Assembly (NCBI GenBank): GCA_963667465.2
Contig: CAXXDN010000002.1
Span: 1,696,001-1,760,000 of the forward strand
Origin: Dehalococcoidia bacterium
GTDB taxonomy: Bacteria > Chloroflexota > Dehalococcoidia > UBA2979
Direction: 5' to 3'
DNA length: 64,000 bases
The notes below the pieces were generated by a model that did not search any database, was not told the origin of the DNA, and saw only the letters and a list, made by a program, of their open reading frames with translations. Shown here in pieces: positions 7,714 through 17,367 of the stretch. A program made the translations under genes and the position numbers. Position 1 is the stretch's first letter. Every line of letters begins with the position of its first letter.

Positions 7714-9948
7714 ATGAGACAGCTACTTCAGATCACGAGGCGTGCGGCGACCGAAGAGGAGCACGCCGCGCCGAAGCCCCCGCTCGGGCTGCCGCTCGCC
7801 TTCATGCTCTCGCACCTCGAGGACGACGGCCCCGTGCGCCTCGACGGCCAGAAGCTCGGCGTCTGCGAGGTGCTGGGGCTGGAGCTGGACGAGCCGAAGC
7901 TGGGGGCCTTCGCGGGCGCCCTCAACGCCTGCGACTTCCCCCTGCAACTGCTCGTGCGCCAGCACCCGCCGGGCCTGGGCAAGCTGCGCGACGACCTTGA
8001 GGCCGCTCAGCCGGAGGGCCTGCCGGCACGGACACGCGCGGCGGCGGAGTCGCTCAGGCGGCTGCTGGGCGAGCTGGAACGGCGCGAGGGCATCCTCGAC
8101 CGCCGCTTCTACGCCGTCTGCGAGCGCGAGCGCATGGACGAGCTGCGCTCGCTGCTCGTGCGCGCCGGCCTCTCCATCCACCCGCTCACCGGCCGCCAGT
8201 TGCGCATGCTCGTGCTGGCCTCAGCCCTCGGCGGCTCTCCCAGGGAGATCAACGAGGAGACGGAGGTGGCGGTCGAGCTCAACCGCCGCGAGATCCGACT
8301 CGGGGGCCATCTCGCGCGCTCGCTGCACCTTGCGAAGTGGCCGCGCTCGCTCTCTCCCGGCTTCCTGCAGGGGCTGCTGGCGACGGGCGCGCCCATGGAC
8401 CTCTCCCTCCACCTCGGCCCCATTCCTGCCGCCGTGGCCGCGCGCACGCTGGAGTGGCAGAAGGTGCGCTTCGAGTCGGCGCAGAGCCTCTCCGTTCGAA
8501 AGGGCAAGAGCCTCTCCTCGGAGGCGGAGATCGCCCTCGAGGACGTGATGCGGCTGCGCGACGAGGTGCAGCGAGGACGCGAGCGACTCTTCCACTCCTC
8601 GCTCTCGCTCACCCTCCACGCCCCCGACGAGGACTCCCTCGCCGAGATCACGCAGACGGCGAAGGCGCACTTCGCGTCGACGCTCGGCAAGCTCGACGCC
8701 CTCCCCTTCCGCCAGCGCGAGGGGCTGCTCTCGACGCTCCCGCTGGGCCTCAACGCCGTCGCCTCGTGGCGCACGCTCGACACCAGCTCGCTGGCGATGC
8801 TCTATCCGTTCTCGCCGCCCGACCTCGATACGCGCGGCGGCGACCTGCGCGGCATCGATCTGCGGGCTTCGTCGCCGGTCGTCTACGACCCCTGGGACGG
8901 CACCCACCTCAACGCCAACACCGCCGTGCTCGCGCGTTCCGGCTCGGGAAAATCGTTTGCCACCAAGCTGGGCGTGTTGCGCGGGATCTGCCGGGGCGTC
9001 GTCGCCTACGTGATCGACCCGGAGGGCGAGTACGCCGACATGGCCCGCGCGGCCGGCGGGCGCGTGCTCTCGCCCGGCGTGGACGGCCAGGGCATGAACC
9101 CCTTCGTCATCGACTCCGGCGACGCGGAGGAGCTGCTGCAGCGTATCGGCAGCCTCAGACGGCTGATCGAGGTGATGGTGGGCGAGTCGCTGGGCGCAGA
9201 GCGCCGGGCCTCGCTCGACCACGCCCTCGCCGCCTACTACGCGCAGTCAGGCGAGCGCACCGGCTTCTCCGACTTCTACGCATTCCTGAAGGGCGACGAG
9301 GCCGACGGCGATCCGGCGCTCGCGAGGCTGCTGCGGCCCTTCGCCACGGGCAGCCTGCGCCACCTGCTCTCCGACGAGGGCGACGACCTGCTCACGAACG
9401 AGGCACTGGTGACGGTCTTCGACCTGCATCTGCTGGAGCCGGAGCTGCGCCCCGCCGCCACGATGGTCTGCACCGAGACGGTCTGGGCTGCCGCCGCGCG
9501 CGACCCTCGCCCGCGTCTGCTGGTCGTCGACGAGGTCTGGTCGATCATGCAGCACCCCGAGGGCGCGGCCTTCATGGTGAGCATGGCCAAGCGCGCGAGG
9601 AAACACCGCCTCGGGCTGCAGTTCATCACCCAGGATGTGCAGGACCTGCTCTCGGAGGATCCTTCGCGCGCGATCACCGGCCACTCGGGGCGCGCCCTCC
9701 TCCAGAACGCCGCCTTCAAGCTCCTCCTCCAGCAGGACGCCGCCGCCATCTCGACCGTCGGCGACGCCTTCGACTTGCCCGCGGACCTGCAGCGCTGGCT
9801 GCTCTCCTGCCCGCGCGGCGACGGGCTCCTGCTCGCGCGCGGCAACCGCTTCCCCATCCGCATCGAAGCGACGCCCGAGGAGGCCGAGCTGATCGAGTGG
9901 CGGCCCGCCTCGCAGCGCGAGCGCGCCGCCGACCGCGACGACCGATAG
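7714..9948 (+). CDS. virB4: VirB4-like conjugation ATPase
   Basis: Walker A ARSGSGKS, VIDPEGEY, Walker B LLVVDEVW, KRARKH, ITQDVQD; position after PrgI. Confidence 0.9.
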   Translation: MRQLLQITRRAATEEEHAAPKPPLGLPLAFMLSHLEDDGPVRLDGQKLGVCEVLGLELDEPKLGAFAGALNACDFPLQLLVRQHPPGLGKLRDDLEAAQPEGLPARTRAAAESLRRLLGELERREGILDRRFYAVCERERMDELRSLLVRAGLSIHPLTGRQLRMLVLASALGGSPREINEETEVAVELNRREIRLGGHLARSLHLAKWPRSLSPGFLQGLLATGAPMDLSLHLGPIPAAVAARTLEWQKVRFESAQSLSVRKGKSLSSEAEIALEDVMRLRDEVQRGRERLFHSSLSLTLHAPDEDSLAEITQTAKAHFASTLGKLDALPFRQREGLLSTLPLGLNAVASWRTLDTSSLAMLYPFSPPDLDTRGGDLRGIDLRASSPVVYDPWDGTHLNANTAVLARSGSGKSFATKLGVLRGICRGVVAYVIDPEGEYADMARAAGGRVLSPGVDGQGMNPFVIDSGDAEELLQRIGSLRRLIEVMVGESLGAERRASLDHALAAYYAQSGERTGFSDFYAFLKGDEADGDPALARLLRPFATGSLRHLLSDEGDDLLTNEALVTVFDLHLLEPELRPAATMVCTETVWAAAARDPRPRLLVVDEVWSIMQHPEGAAFMVSMAKRARKHRLGLQFITQDVQDLLSEDPSRAITGHSGRALLQNAAFKLLLQQDAAAISTVGDAFDLPADLQRWLLSCPRGDGLLLARGNRFPIRIEATPEEAELIEWRPASQRERAADRDDR

Positions 9949-10094
9949 GGACACGGAGGACCAGGCCCGATGACCACGACCGCGCGCCCATGACCACCGC
10001 ACCAGACCACCCACGTTCAGAAAGGAGTCGCCACATGCGACGCAACCCGTTCAACCGATCGAACGCGAACCACAGCACCGAAAGGAACCACACC

Positions 10095-12698
10095 ATGCGA
10101 TTCAACCCCTTCCACCAGTCCACTCCCACCGAGCCCGTGCTGCTGGCAGTGACACCGCCGCGCACGGGCGAGCGCACGCTCCTCGCCGTCGAGAATCTTC
10201 TGGCGTCGATCGCCGCGCCCGAGCCCTTCTCGCTCGAGCTCTGCGGCGACGCCGACGGGGTTACGCTGATGGCGCGCTGCCTGGATCAACAGGTGGTCCG
10301 GCAGCAGCTTTCCGCCCGTTACCCGCAGGCCCGCATCGACCGGCTGGAGTCGGCCGAGGACCCGCTGCGACTGGAGGCGGGCGAGCAGGCGTGGGCGATG
10401 ACGCTGCGCGCGAGCGGGCCGGAGTATGTGCCGCTGCGGGTCTTCAGCGACGACGACCTGCTGGACGCCGGCTCGGACCCGCTGCTGGCCCTCCTCGGCG
10501 CCCTCTCGGACGTGGGCGCGGGCGAACGCGTTGTGGCGCGGCTGCGGCTGCGCTCGCTCGGCCCCGACTGGTCGCGGGGCCACCAGGCCAGGGCGCACCA
10601 GCCAGCCGTGCAGGACCGGGCCGACTCGTACCAGATCAGCGAGTCGCGGCGGCACCGCGTCGAGCTCACGGGCGCCGCGCTGCTGGCGGTCGCCGGCGCG
10701 GGGCTCCTCCAGGGCTACCGCTGGTGGCAGGCGGGGGAGGAGTGGAAGACGGTCGCCCTCGGGACGGGCGTCGCCCTCGCGCTCGGCGTCGCCGGCTGGG
10801 CGTGGGCGCGCTGGCAGCGCTCGCGCAACCGCGTCCACGACCCGCTGCTGATCCGGGAGAAGGTCTCGCGCGTCGCCTTCGAGGCCGACATCGAGGTCGT
10901 CGCCATCGTGCCCGGGACGAAGCCGGACGAGGGTCGAGAGCGGGCCGAGGCGCTGCTCGGGGAGGTGGCGGCCGCCTACGGCAACTACGACCACCCCGCA
11001 GGGGCGCGCTTCCGGATGGGCCGGATGCGGCCCGCCCTGCCCGATCCGGCGGCGCTGCATCCGGCCGGCCCCGGCCTGCTCGGCGCCCGCAGCGTGCTTG
11101 GCGTGCGCGAGGTCGCCGCGCTCTGGCATCCGCCGGGGGCGAAGGACGAGACGCCGCTCGTGGAGCGCTCGGGCGCGCGCGTGCTGCTCCCCCCGGTGAG
11201 CGGCGTCGCCCGGGGCGCGCTCGTGGGCGAGACCACCGCCGGCGATCCCCGGCCGATTCATTTCTCCCACGACTTGCTGCGCCGCCACCACCTCTACGTG
11301 GCGCGCACGCGCATGGGCAAGTCGACGCTCATGCAGCATCTCGTCGTCCACAAGCTCGAGGAGAAGGCGGCGGGAAGGGATGGCGACGCGATCGTCGTCG
11401 TCGACCCCCACGCCGACCTCGTGGAGAGCATCCTCGAGCAGGTGCCCGAGTCCCTGGCGGGGCAGGTGCGGCTGGTCGACCTCGCGGGCAGTGGCGGCTA
11501 CCCCGGCGTCAACCTGCTCGACACGCGCGTCTTCAGCGACCGCGACCGCACCGCCGACTCGGTCGTGCGCGTGGCGCGCGGGCTCTGGGAGCAGTGGGGC
11601 CCGCGCATGCAGTCGATCCTCGAGCAGGTCGTGAAGACCCTGCACGAGTACAACGCCCACCCGGACACGCCCGCCGACGAGCAGCTCACGATCCTCGACG
11701 GGCTGCGGCTGCTCTCGCACGATAAGTTTCGCTCACTCGTGCGGGAGCGGGTCACGGACGAGTTCCTGCTCGACTGGTGGGCGCGCGACTTCGCCTCGTG
11801 GACGCGCCAGTACCAGGCCGACGCGCTCGCGCCCGTGCAGACGAGGCTCTCCTACTACGCCTCGTCGAAGCGCGCGCGGGCGATCCTCGGCCAGCCCCGC
11901 TCTACGATCGACCTCAGGCGCACGATCCTGGACGGGGGCGTGCTGCTGGTGTCGACGGCGCAGGGCGCGGCCGGGCGCGACGTCGCTGCGCTCGTCGGCG
12001 CCTCCGTCCTCAACCTTGTCGACGCCGTGATCCGCGAGCAGGGCGAGCTGCCGCCCGAGCAGCGCCGCGGCGCTCTCGTGGTCGTCGACGAGATGCAGTC
12101 GATGCCGGGCGTCGACTACGAGTCGATGCTCTCCGAGCTGGGCAAGTTCGGGGCGTCGCTCGTGCTCGCCACCCAGAGCCTCGCCAAGCTCGACGAGCTC
12201 TCGCCGACGATGCGCGACACGCTGCTCGCCAACATCGGCTGCCTCGCCGTCTTCCAGGTGGCGGGCACGGACGCGCGCCAGCTCGTCTGGGAGCTGGACC
12301 GCGAGCGCGTCTCCGAGGAGGACATCGTCTCGCTGCCCGTGCACCACGCTTACGTGCGCGCGACGGTCGGGACGGAGCGCACGCCCGCCTTCTCGATGGA
12401 GGTGCTCAAGCCCGACGAGGGGAGTGCGGAGACGGCGGCGCGTATCCGCTCGGAGGCATCCGCCTACCTGCTCACCGACGAGGAGATCGCGGCGCAGCGC
12501 GCCGAGGGGCGCAGGCGCGTCGAGCGCCGGCTCGAAGAGCGCGAGAAGGCTGGCAAGGCCGAGGACGGGACCAGCAACGGTGGACCCGATTCCTCCCCGG
12601 ACAAGGCCGGTGCGTCCGGGGAGGAGTCGCGCGGGAAGCGGTCGCGCAGCAAGCGCAACCAGACGCCGGACGGCGCCTCCGCCGAGGGCGCGGCGTGA
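10095..12698 (+). CDS. Type IV coupling protein-like ATPase (VirD4/TraD/HerA fold); alternative start 10035
   Basis: Two TM helices, Walker A ARTRMGKS, VVDPHAD, Walker B LVVVDEMQ, LSELGKFG..LVLATQSL. Confidence 0.85.
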   Translation: MRFNPFHQSTPTEPVLLAVTPPRTGERTLLAVENLLASIAAPEPFSLELCGDADGVTLMARCLDQQVVRQQLSARYPQARIDRLESAEDPLRLEAGEQAWAMTLRASGPEYVPLRVFSDDDLLDAGSDPLLALLGALSDVGAGERVVARLRLRSLGPDWSRGHQARAHQPAVQDRADSYQISESRRHRVELTGAALLAVAGAGLLQGYRWWQAGEEWKTVALGTGVALALGVAGWAWARWQRSRNRVHDPLLIREKVSRVAFEADIEVVAIVPGTKPDEGRERAEALLGEVAAAYGNYDHPAGARFRMGRMRPALPDPAALHPAGPGLLGARSVLGVREVAALWHPPGAKDETPLVERSGARVLLPPVSGVARGALVGETTAGDPRPIHFSHDLLRRHHLYVARTRMGKSTLMQHLVVHKLEEKAAGRDGDAIVVVDPHADLVESILEQVPESLAGQVRLVDLAGSGGYPGVNLLDTRVFSDRDRTADSVVRVARGLWEQWGPRMQSILEQVVKTLHEYNAHPDTPADEQLTILDGLRLLSHDKFRSLVRERVTDEFLLDWWARDFASWTRQYQADALAPVQTRLSYYASSKRARAILGQPRSTIDLRRTILDGGVLLVSTAQGAAGRDVAALVGASVLNLVDAVIREQGELPPEQRRGALVVVDEMQSMPGVDYESMLSELGKFGASLVLATQSLAKLDELSPTMRDTLLANIGCLAVFQVAGTDARQLVWELDRERVSEEDIVSLPVHHAYVRATVGTERTPAFSMEVLKPDEGSAETAARIRSEASAYLLTDEEIAAQRAEGRRRVERRLEEREKAGKAEDGTSNGGPDSSPDKAGASGEESRGKRSRSKRNQTPDGASAEGAA

Positions 12699-14329
12699 CC
12701 GTCGAGCGCGACCTGTTGCGGCTGCTCGGAGAAGCGCCCTTCCTGGACCGGCTGGAGATGGCCGCGCTCTCCGGCTGGTCGAGGGGCGCGGTCTACGCCA
12801 ACTGCGAGGCGTTGGAGGAAGCAGGGCTCGTCGCGTCCCTCCCCCACGCCTTCGAGCTCGTCGCCCCGACGCAGCGCTACTCCCTCACGCTCGCCGGGCT
12901 GCAGCGGCTCGCCGAAGAGCAGGGAATGGGCCTGGACGAGTTGCTGCGCTCGCGGCCGCTCACGGCGCACTGGCGGCGGCTCCTGCTGGAGCGCCTCGAC
13001 GCGGTGGCCTCGGTCTACCGGCTCGCTTCGGCGATCACCGGCCAGTCCTGGCCGCTGCGCTTCCGCTGGTACCGGGCGCAGCCGATGGACGCCGCGGTCG
13101 CGCTCCCCGACGGGCGCACATTGTTCGTCGTGCGGCAGGGCGAGACGGCCGACCGCACGTCCTTCGCCAAGCGCCTCTGGCGGCTGCGCGAGGGGCCGCG
13201 CCCGGGTGCCTACCTGCTGCTCGTCCCGGACCCCGTGCGGTTGCGCCACACGGCGCGGCTGATGGCGCGGGCGTCCGCCCCCTCCTTCCTTGGACTCGAA
13301 CGGGATGTGGTCGCTTCCGGGGCTGCGGCGCGCGTCTGGCGCACGGCTGCCGGCTCGCCGTGGCTCTCGCTCGGCGAGGCGCTCACGCACGTGGGGGACA
13401 GTCGCGCCTGGCCGCAGGAGGAGCCGCTCACCCGGGCGACGGTCCCACGCGACCTCCAACTGGCCGAGCTCCACCGGGCGCCGGGCTGGCTGCTCCCCGC
13501 CCTGCTCAGGCCGGCGGAGAAGCGCGTCCTCGGCCTCATCGCCGACTGGCCGTGGATCGCGCCCGCCCACCTGGGCGAGCTGCTCGGCGTCTCGCCGCGG
13601 CGCGTCTCGCAGCTCCTGCAGCCGATCGAGGAGGCCGCCCTCGCGAACCGCGTCTCGGGGAGGCTCGTGCTCGGCGACCGCGGGCTGGAACTGCTCGCGC
13701 GCCGCGACCGCTCCGCCGTCCATCTCGCTCGCTCGCGCTGGAGCGCCCGGCCGCTGCACCCCGCCGCGCCGCTCGGGTGGCGCAACGTCTCCGGCAGGCG
13801 CAGCCGCCAGCTCCTGCGCACGATCGAGCACACGGCCGCCGTCCACTGGTTTGTCGCGGCGCTCGCGAAGCAGGCGCGGGAACACGGCCGGGAGGTGGTG
13901 CAGATCGACCCGCCGCACCGCGCCTCGCGTTACTTCCGGGACGGAGTTGCCGTCTACTCCGTCCACCCGGACGCCTTCGGCGTCCTGCGCACGGACGGGA
14001 AGCCGTGGCCGTTCTTCCTGGAGTGGGAGCGCCGCGCCGTGAGGCCCTCGACGATGACCGCGCGCCTCGCGCCCTACCTGCGCTACTACGCCTCGCAACG
14101 CCCCACGGACGACCACGGCGTCCGCCCCGCCGTGCTCGTCGTCTTCGAGGACGAACTCGCCGCTCACCACTTCCTGGGCGTCGCCCGCGCGCAGATGAAA
14201 CGCGCCCCCGTCGAGGTTCCGCTAGGCGTCTCGCACCGCGCGCTGCTGCAACGGCAAGGGCCGCTGGGAGCCGCCTGGCGCACGGTTGCCACCGCCGAAC
14301 CCTCGCGCCCCTGGCGCCAGTCCGCCTGA
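12695..14329 (+). CDS. Replication-relaxation (Replic_Relax) family relaxase, internally duplicated
   Basis: HTAAVHWF, HPDAFG, FFLEWER, RLAPYLRYY PD-(D/E)xK pattern; coupled to the T4CP gene by GTGA overlap. Confidence 0.8.
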   Translation: MTVERDLLRLLGEAPFLDRLEMAALSGWSRGAVYANCEALEEAGLVASLPHAFELVAPTQRYSLTLAGLQRLAEEQGMGLDELLRSRPLTAHWRRLLLERLDAVASVYRLASAITGQSWPLRFRWYRAQPMDAAVALPDGRTLFVVRQGETADRTSFAKRLWRLREGPRPGAYLLLVPDPVRLRHTARLMARASAPSFLGLERDVVASGAAARVWRTAAGSPWLSLGEALTHVGDSRAWPQEEPLTRATVPRDLQLAELHRAPGWLLPALLRPAEKRVLGLIADWPWIAPAHLGELLGVSPRRVSQLLQPIEEAALANRVSGRLVLGDRGLELLARRDRSAVHLARSRWSARPLHPAAPLGWRNVSGRRSRQLLRTIEHTAAVHWFVAALAKQAREHGREVVQIDPPHRASRYFRDGVAVYSVHPDAFGVLRTDGKPWPFFLEWERRAVRPSTMTARLAPYLRYYASQRPTDDHGVRPAVLVVFEDELAAHHFLGVARAQMKRAPVEVPLGVSHRALLQRQGPLGAAWRTVATAEPSRPWRQSA

Positions 14330-14475
14330 GGTACGGCAGCGGGCGGCCCCCTCATCGGGTGCGCCGCTCAACGTCCACCGGAGGTCGCGCTCACGCCCCG
14401 TGCAGGTCCGCGACACCCCGTCGGGCGCGGCTCCCCTGCCTGCTGAGCCCGTCACATATATGATACGCTCCATGC

Positions 14476-14823
14476 ATGCCGGAGGTCGTCTACTACGAGA
14501 CAGCGAGGGGGGACGAACCCGTTGCCGCGTACGTCGAACGACTTGGGCGCTCGGGGGACAAACGCGATGTGGCGGCGATCCTCGATCTGATCGTGGAGCT
14601 GGAGGAACAGGGGAGCGCGCTGCGCATGCCTGATGCCCGCATCATCGACCGCAACGCGCGCATCTTCGAGTTGCGCCCGCGCTCGCACCGGATTGCCTAC
14701 GCCGAGCATGGAGGTCGCTACGTCCTCCTCCACGCCTGGCGGAAGCAAGCGCAGCGCCTCGATCGAAGAGCGCTCGCCACCGCCCAGCGGCGGCTTGCAG
14801 ACTGGAGGAGCCGTCATGGCTAG
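14476..14823 (+). CDS. RelE/HigB-like (Gp49-type) toxin
   Basis: YYETARGDEPV, IFELRP, RIAY, VLLHAWRKQ; toxin-first order. Confidence 0.85.
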   Translation: MPEVVYYETARGDEPVAAYVERLGRSGDKRDVAAILDLIVELEEQGSALRMPDARIIDRNARIFELRPRSHRIAYAEHGGRYVLLHAWRKQAQRLDRRALATAQRRLADWRSRHG

Positions 14824-15115
14824 GAACGCCAGACCACACATTGAACAGATCGTCACCGCCGATCCCGACATCCAGGCGGAGTACGAGACCCTGCGACTGC
14901 GCCGCGCGATCGTCGGCCAGCTGCGCGCCCTGCGCGAACGAAAGCGCTGGACCCAGCAGCAGCTCGCCGACGCCGTCGGAGTGCCGCGAAGCGCGATCGC
15001 CCGTCTCGAGTCGGCCGAGCACAGCCCGCGCCTCGAGACCCTGCACGCCGTGGCGCGCGTGCTCGGCTACGACGTGGATGTTCGCCTGAAGCGCCGACGG
15101 GTACCGGTCGCGTAA
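14816..15115 (+). CDS. HigA-like XRE antitoxin
   Basis: LRERKRWTQQQLADAVGVPRSAIARLES HTH; overlaps toxin end. Confidence 0.85.
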   Translation: MARNARPHIEQIVTADPDIQAEYETLRLRRAIVGQLRALRERKRWTQQQLADAVGVPRSAIARLESAEHSPRLETLHAVARVLGYDVDVRLKRRRVPVA

Positions 15116-15202
15116 TCTCGCCCAATCGAGGGCCGCTCGCTGTTTGCCGCACCGCCCCTCTCGGACCCGATGACAAGCGAGGCGGCTCGCGATCTGCCGG
15201 GC

Positions 15203-15475
15203 TCAGGCTGCTGTCGGTCGCTCCTCGGAGTGCGACGCGGCGAATGCCCGTCCTTCGTCCGTCAGCGTGATCGCGCGCGCCCGTCCGGGGACGCGCCTGA
15301 TAAGGCCGGCGCGCTCGCACGCCGCCAGCCGGTACGCGACCACCGAAGTGGAACTCGCACCGGTCCGCTTCTGCAGGTCGCGGACCGTCGGCGGGTAGCC
15401 GTGCTCGGCCCCGTGCTCGGCGATCGCCTCGACCAGGGCGGGCATCCAGTCTCTTCTGGATACTGTGACTCTCAT
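15203..15475 (-). CDS. Stand-alone LexA DNA-binding domain protein (no peptidase domain)
   Basis: HGYPPTVRDLQ...SSTSVVAYRL...GLIRRVPGRARAI matches the LexA N-domain; 90 aa; ATGA-coupled to the upstream gene. Confidence 0.85.
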   Translation of the reverse strand: MRVTVSRRDWMPALVEAIAEHGAEHGYPPTVRDLQKRTGASSTSVVAYRLAACERAGLIRRVPGRARAITLTDEGRAFAASHSEERPTAA

Positions 15476-15912
15476 GGAATACCTCCGTTCTCGGGGAGCC
15501 GCGCCTGCACCCGCACTACCTCGCCGGGCACTCCGAAGTGTTCCGCGACTTCCCATGCGTAGACGAAGCCAGCTTCCAGCGCCTCGTCCTCGTCGATGAG
15601 GAGCGCGTGCGCGAAGTCCTCCGCCTCGCGCTCCCATGGGCGCGGCAGGTCGGTGTGCTCGCGCTGCTCGATGTGATTGCCCGGATGCATCAGGCGGTGC
15701 GCGATGGCGTGGGCGATCACCCAGCGCCGCCACTCTGGTTCCAGTCGCTTCGCCACCGCGATCTGGCCGTCGATCTGCATCTCCTTCTGCACCTCGAAGT
15801 GCCACGGCCAGACCTCCAGCCCGAGCTCGTTGGCGACCGCCACGGCGTCCACGCGCCCGCGCAGGCCCAGCTTCTGGCGCAGCGTCCCCGCCCGTCGCCG
15901 CGCCCGGGTCAC
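15472..15912 (-). CDS. ImmA/IrrE-family protein with degenerate HExxH (HAIAH)
   Basis: RRWVIAHAIAHRLMH...EREAEDFAHALL; catalytic Glu replaced by Ala. Confidence 0.8.
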   Translation of the reverse strand: MTRARRRAGTLRQKLGLRGRVDAVAVANELGLEVWPWHFEVQKEMQIDGQIAVAKRLEPEWRRWVIAHAIAHRLMHPGNHIEQREHTDLPRPWEREAEDFAHALLIDEDEALEAGFVYAWEVAEHFGVPGEVVRVQARLPENGGIP

Positions 15913-16277
15913 CGCTCGCCTCGCTTGCGCCTCTGGCGCCGCCGGCGCACGAAGTCGATGAACTCCTGGATCGACTGCACGTCCTCATCGGGCAGGTCGT
16001 CGACGGCGTCACGGAACGAGACCTCCGCCTCCTTGCGTAGCTCCGAGATGACGACGTCCCGGCCTTCCAGTTCGCGTACGCCGGTGCCGCAGTGGAAGGC
16101 GATCTCAACGAGGTTGTCGTGGACCGGCTTCATGCGGCCCGCCTCCCAGGCCCAGGCGGTGTTCGAGGCGACCCCGACGAGGCCGGCCAGTTCTTTCTGG
16201 GTCAGGCCCGCGCCCATGCGCGCCGCGCGGATCCGGGCGCCGAGTGCCTTCCAGCGGTAGCCCTGGTCATCGGCCAT
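15909..16277 (-). CDS. ImmR-like XRE repressor
   Basis: LGARIRAARMGAGLTQKELAGLVGVASNTAWAWEAG; divergent from the Cro-like genes. Confidence 0.85.
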   Translation of the reverse strand: MADDQGYRWKALGARIRAARMGAGLTQKELAGLVGVASNTAWAWEAGRMKPVHDNLVEIAFHCGTGVRELEGRDVVISELRKEAEVSFRDAVDDLPDEDVQSIQEFIDFVRRRRQRRKRGER

Positions 16278-16325
16278 GGCACGCAACTCCTGTTCATTGC
16301 TGCGGATCCCCGGCGTCGTTCCGTC

Positions 16326-16355
16326 TTGACACCGACTCTGTGTATACATAGAGTC
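16326..16355 (+). promoter_or_regulatory. Sigma70-type promoter overlapped by a 22-bp palindromic operator
   Basis: TTGACA (16326-31), 17-bp spacer, TAGAGT (16349-54); palindrome GACTCTGTGTATACATAGAGTC (16334-16355, one mismatch). Confidence 0.8.
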
Positions 16356-16398
16356 TACACCTCTAAGCAGAGAACGCCAACGAGGAGTCCCGCAGCCC

Positions 16399-16644
16399 AT
16401 GCGACACCCGGCACGACCCGTGGCCATGCTCAGGCAGGAGGCGTTCTGGCAGCGCCTGAACGTGCTCGGGCGCTCGCAGAACTGGGTCGCGCGCGAGGCC
16501 GGCATCAGTCGCGGCTACCTCTCCATGCTCGCCAATGGCAAGCGCGCGGCCTCCGGTCGCGTCAGGCGCGGGCTGATGCGGATCCTCGAGGTGGAGGACG
16601 TTCATGAGCTGTTCTTCTTCAGGCCACCGCCAGACGAGGCATGA
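16399..16644 (+). CDS. Cro-like HTH protein 1
   Basis: RSQNWVAREAGISRGYLSMLANGKR; GAGGAG RBS. Confidence 0.8.
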   Translation: MRHPARPVAMLRQEAFWQRLNVLGRSQNWVAREAGISRGYLSMLANGKRAASGRVRRGLMRILEVEDVHELFFFRPPPDEA

Positions 16645-16681
16645 GGTCGCTCCGCGCCTGTCGCACTACGCTGGCGGCCCC

Positions 16682-16954
16682 GTGATCGCTGGCCAGCCTG
16701 TGCCCTTCGGCAACGGCGCGCTGCCGCCGGATTTCTCCGCGCGCGTCGACCGCCTGAAGCGGGCCAGCGGCCTCACCTGGGACGCCTTCGCCGAGGCGCT
16801 GGGAGTGGAGGCGAAGCAGGTGCTGCGCTGGCGCCGGGGCACGGAGCCGTGCGGCGGGGCCCACCACGCCCTCGTCAGGCTGGCGCGCTGGATTCCGGGC
16901 GGGCTCGACATCCTCATGGGCGAGGACTTCCTCCCCCGACGCGGGGAGGGCTGA
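16682..16954 (+). CDS. Cro-like HTH protein 2 (start uncertain)
   Basis: DFSARVDRLKRASGLTWDAFAEALGV; paralog of the next gene. Confidence 0.7.
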   Translation: MIAGQPVPFGNGALPPDFSARVDRLKRASGLTWDAFAEALGVEAKQVLRWRRGTEPCGGAHHALVRLARWIPGGLDILMGEDFLPRRGEG

Positions 16955-16958
16955 GGCC

Positions 16959-17222
16959 GTGCCGCGCCAGCGCCCTCGCTCCCCGCGCGCCGCCTACGAC
17001 GTGCCCGGCGACTTCGCCGGAGCGTTCGAGCGCCTGAAGGAGGCGTCCGGCCTGACGTGGACGGAGCTGGCCCGTCGGCTCGGCACGACCGACTCCAACC
17101 TGTGGCGCTGGCGCAACGGCGTGCTTCCGAATACCCGCAATCTCCTCGCACTCCAGGATCTCGCGCGCCGCCTTGGCCTCGAACACTTGCTGCCCACGGC
17201 GAGCGCCCGCGAGCGCTGGTAG
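16959..17222 (+). CDS. Cro-like HTH protein 3
   Basis: DFAGAFERLKEASGLTWTELARRLG; GGAGG RBS. Confidence 0.75.
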   Translation: MPRQRPRSPRAAYDVPGDFAGAFERLKEASGLTWTELARRLGTTDSNLWRWRNGVLPNTRNLLALQDLARRLGLEHLLPTASARERW

Positions 17223-17367
17223 AACCGGTCGTCATGCCCGCCAACGCCGGCGTCCCGCACCACTGCATCCGTGCAGTGCCCTTCGGGGGATTACGGAACC
17301 ACCTCCCGTCCGGCCACGATCGAAGCGGCAGCACGCGTTCCGTGCGCGAACGCTACGGGAGTGGCCC

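Noticed and set aside
61-14463. Long alternative-frame ORFs (e.g. 61-1479, 1226-2554, 10017-11720, 12424-14463) and long N-terminal extensions (8337, 11777, 7183, 5274 starts)
   Set aside because: Arg/Pro/Gly-rich shadow frames expected at very high GC. They overlap motif-bearing genes, and true starts are marked by RBSs or GTGA/ATGA overlaps.
15203-15475. Host lexA gene
   Set aside because: Lacks the Ala-Gly cleavage site and Ser-Lys peptidase domain, and is embedded in an ICE operon.
15203-17222. Prophage immunity region
   Set aside because: No terminase, capsid or tail genes; flanked by conjugation genes, so treated as an ICE switch.
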